DNA from: Mobula hypostoma | Taxonomy: Eukaryota | NCBI RefSeq assembly: GCF_963921235.1 | Contig: NC_086118.1 | Location: forward strand, 13,394,001 to 13,458,000 | Direction of reading: 5' to 3' | Length of the DNA: 64,000 bases | Shown: in pieces, positions 62,756-64,000 of the stretch | Layout: every line of letters begins with the position of its first letter | How positions within the stretch are numbered: the first letter of the stretch is position 1 | Made by a program: the position numbers and the translations under genes | Notes under the pieces: model-generated | Told to the model about the DNA's origin: nothing | Database searches by the model: none | The model's input: the letters and a program-made list of their open reading frames with translations, nothing else

Positions 62756-64000
62756 CCTTTGTTCATTGTACAATGATGTATGATGTTCCATAGACCCTGG
62801 GTTAAATGATGTTTTAAGTCCTGACCTCTGTTGAATAAACTGGTCAGCTAGACTGACAATGAACTTAAAAACAAAGAAAAGGAACACAAAAAAAAAAATA
62901 TTTTTCAGGTCTCATTTATAAATTCGTTAGATGAGAACAGGAAATCGTCTGATCAGAATTTCAGACACGAGGCAGGGAAATTATTTTGCTGAGTGAATGT
63001 TATTATTTGAAATACACCTTCTGCAGCTGAATCAGGCAACCATGTAGCAAACTTATACAGGTCCACATGGAACTGAGATAATTAGCAGAGCTTTCAAAAA
63101 AAAGTGACAGTAAAATACTGCCTCCAAATAACACACTTTATCTGGACTAACATTGTAAAGGCCAATCAAGGGGTGGTGAAGGGCTGTTATTTATGTCAGT
63201 TGAATGTATCGATTTTATGAAGGTAAGTTACCCTTCATCGCTTGCTTCAGGCTTTGGGTTTGCAAGTTCCTGACAGTTACTTGCCCTGAATATCATAGCT
63301 TCCCTCCCACCCTACAAACATAAAGGTTAACAAATTCCAGCTGCTTGAACAACCCCAAGGATTACCCTGTGAAAAGCAGGTTCACTGCAAAATGCCAGAA
63401 GTTTAGCCAATTATAAACATTGCAATATGTAAGGCAACAAGAAATATCGTTAGTCGTTTCGCGCAAAGTATTTTGGGTCTTCTATGGATGTTCAGTTGAT
63501 CACAAAGTGACAGCCTGGATGTGAAAAGAATAAATTATGCCTAATGAACCTAAATCTTTTGAAATTGTGACAGAATAATGGACATGGAAAAAGCTATCAA
63601 CGTCATTTAAATTGGACAGCAAGGTCTGAATTATGGAGGAAAGTCATCAACCCAAAATGTTAACTCTGATTCTTGCTCCACAAATGTAATCTGTTCCTGT
63701 TTCTGTTCCTCCTTTACATCCACACTGTTATTCACAGCTGATCTTCAATCTCAGTTTAGTTTTCCTACTCAACCCTATATTCCTGATACATGGTAGATTG
63801 ACTTGTACCAACAGAATGGGCCCTTCAATCTAATTCATCCATTCAGACGCAGAGACAGAGAGAAGTACACTTGGCCCTTCTCCCTCTAAACCTTTCATAT
63901 CTAGGTACCACCCAAGAGTCTTCTACATGTGGGGATTGTATTAACTACTACTTTGGAAGCTTGGTCCATATACCCCACAATCTTCTGTATGAAAGACTTG

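Overview
This is eukaryotic (vertebrate) DNA made up almost entirely of nested transposable elements, and I could not identify any host protein-coding exon with confidence. The repeat mix (CR1 LINEs, Penelope-like elements, a V-SINE, Rex1/Babar, Gypsy, Tigger, hAT-Charlie, Helitron) suggests a cartilaginous fish, which is an inference. Main elements: (1) a full-length, very young L1-clade LINE on the minus strand (55386-61280) with a perfect 16-bp TSD, an intact ORF1 and an ORF2 broken by one extra T in a homopolymer; it sits in one arm of a long palindrome inside a Tigger derivative. (2) Penelope-like elements with inverted pseudo-LTR architecture and a recurring minimal type-I hammerhead ribozyme motif; the longest copy lacks exactly the RT catalytic YxDD codons. 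(3) A ~1.1 kb non-autonomous Helitron-like element retaining STPR-like 23-aa repeats. (4) An RT-less two-LTR Gypsy derivative with a perfect tRNA-Leu PBS, in a three-level nest. (5) A composite hAT/Harbinger/Tigger MITE. Family assignments come from motif recognition by eye, not database searches, and boundaries of old copies are approximate. No clearly new biological system is demonstrated; the findings are testable hypotheses.
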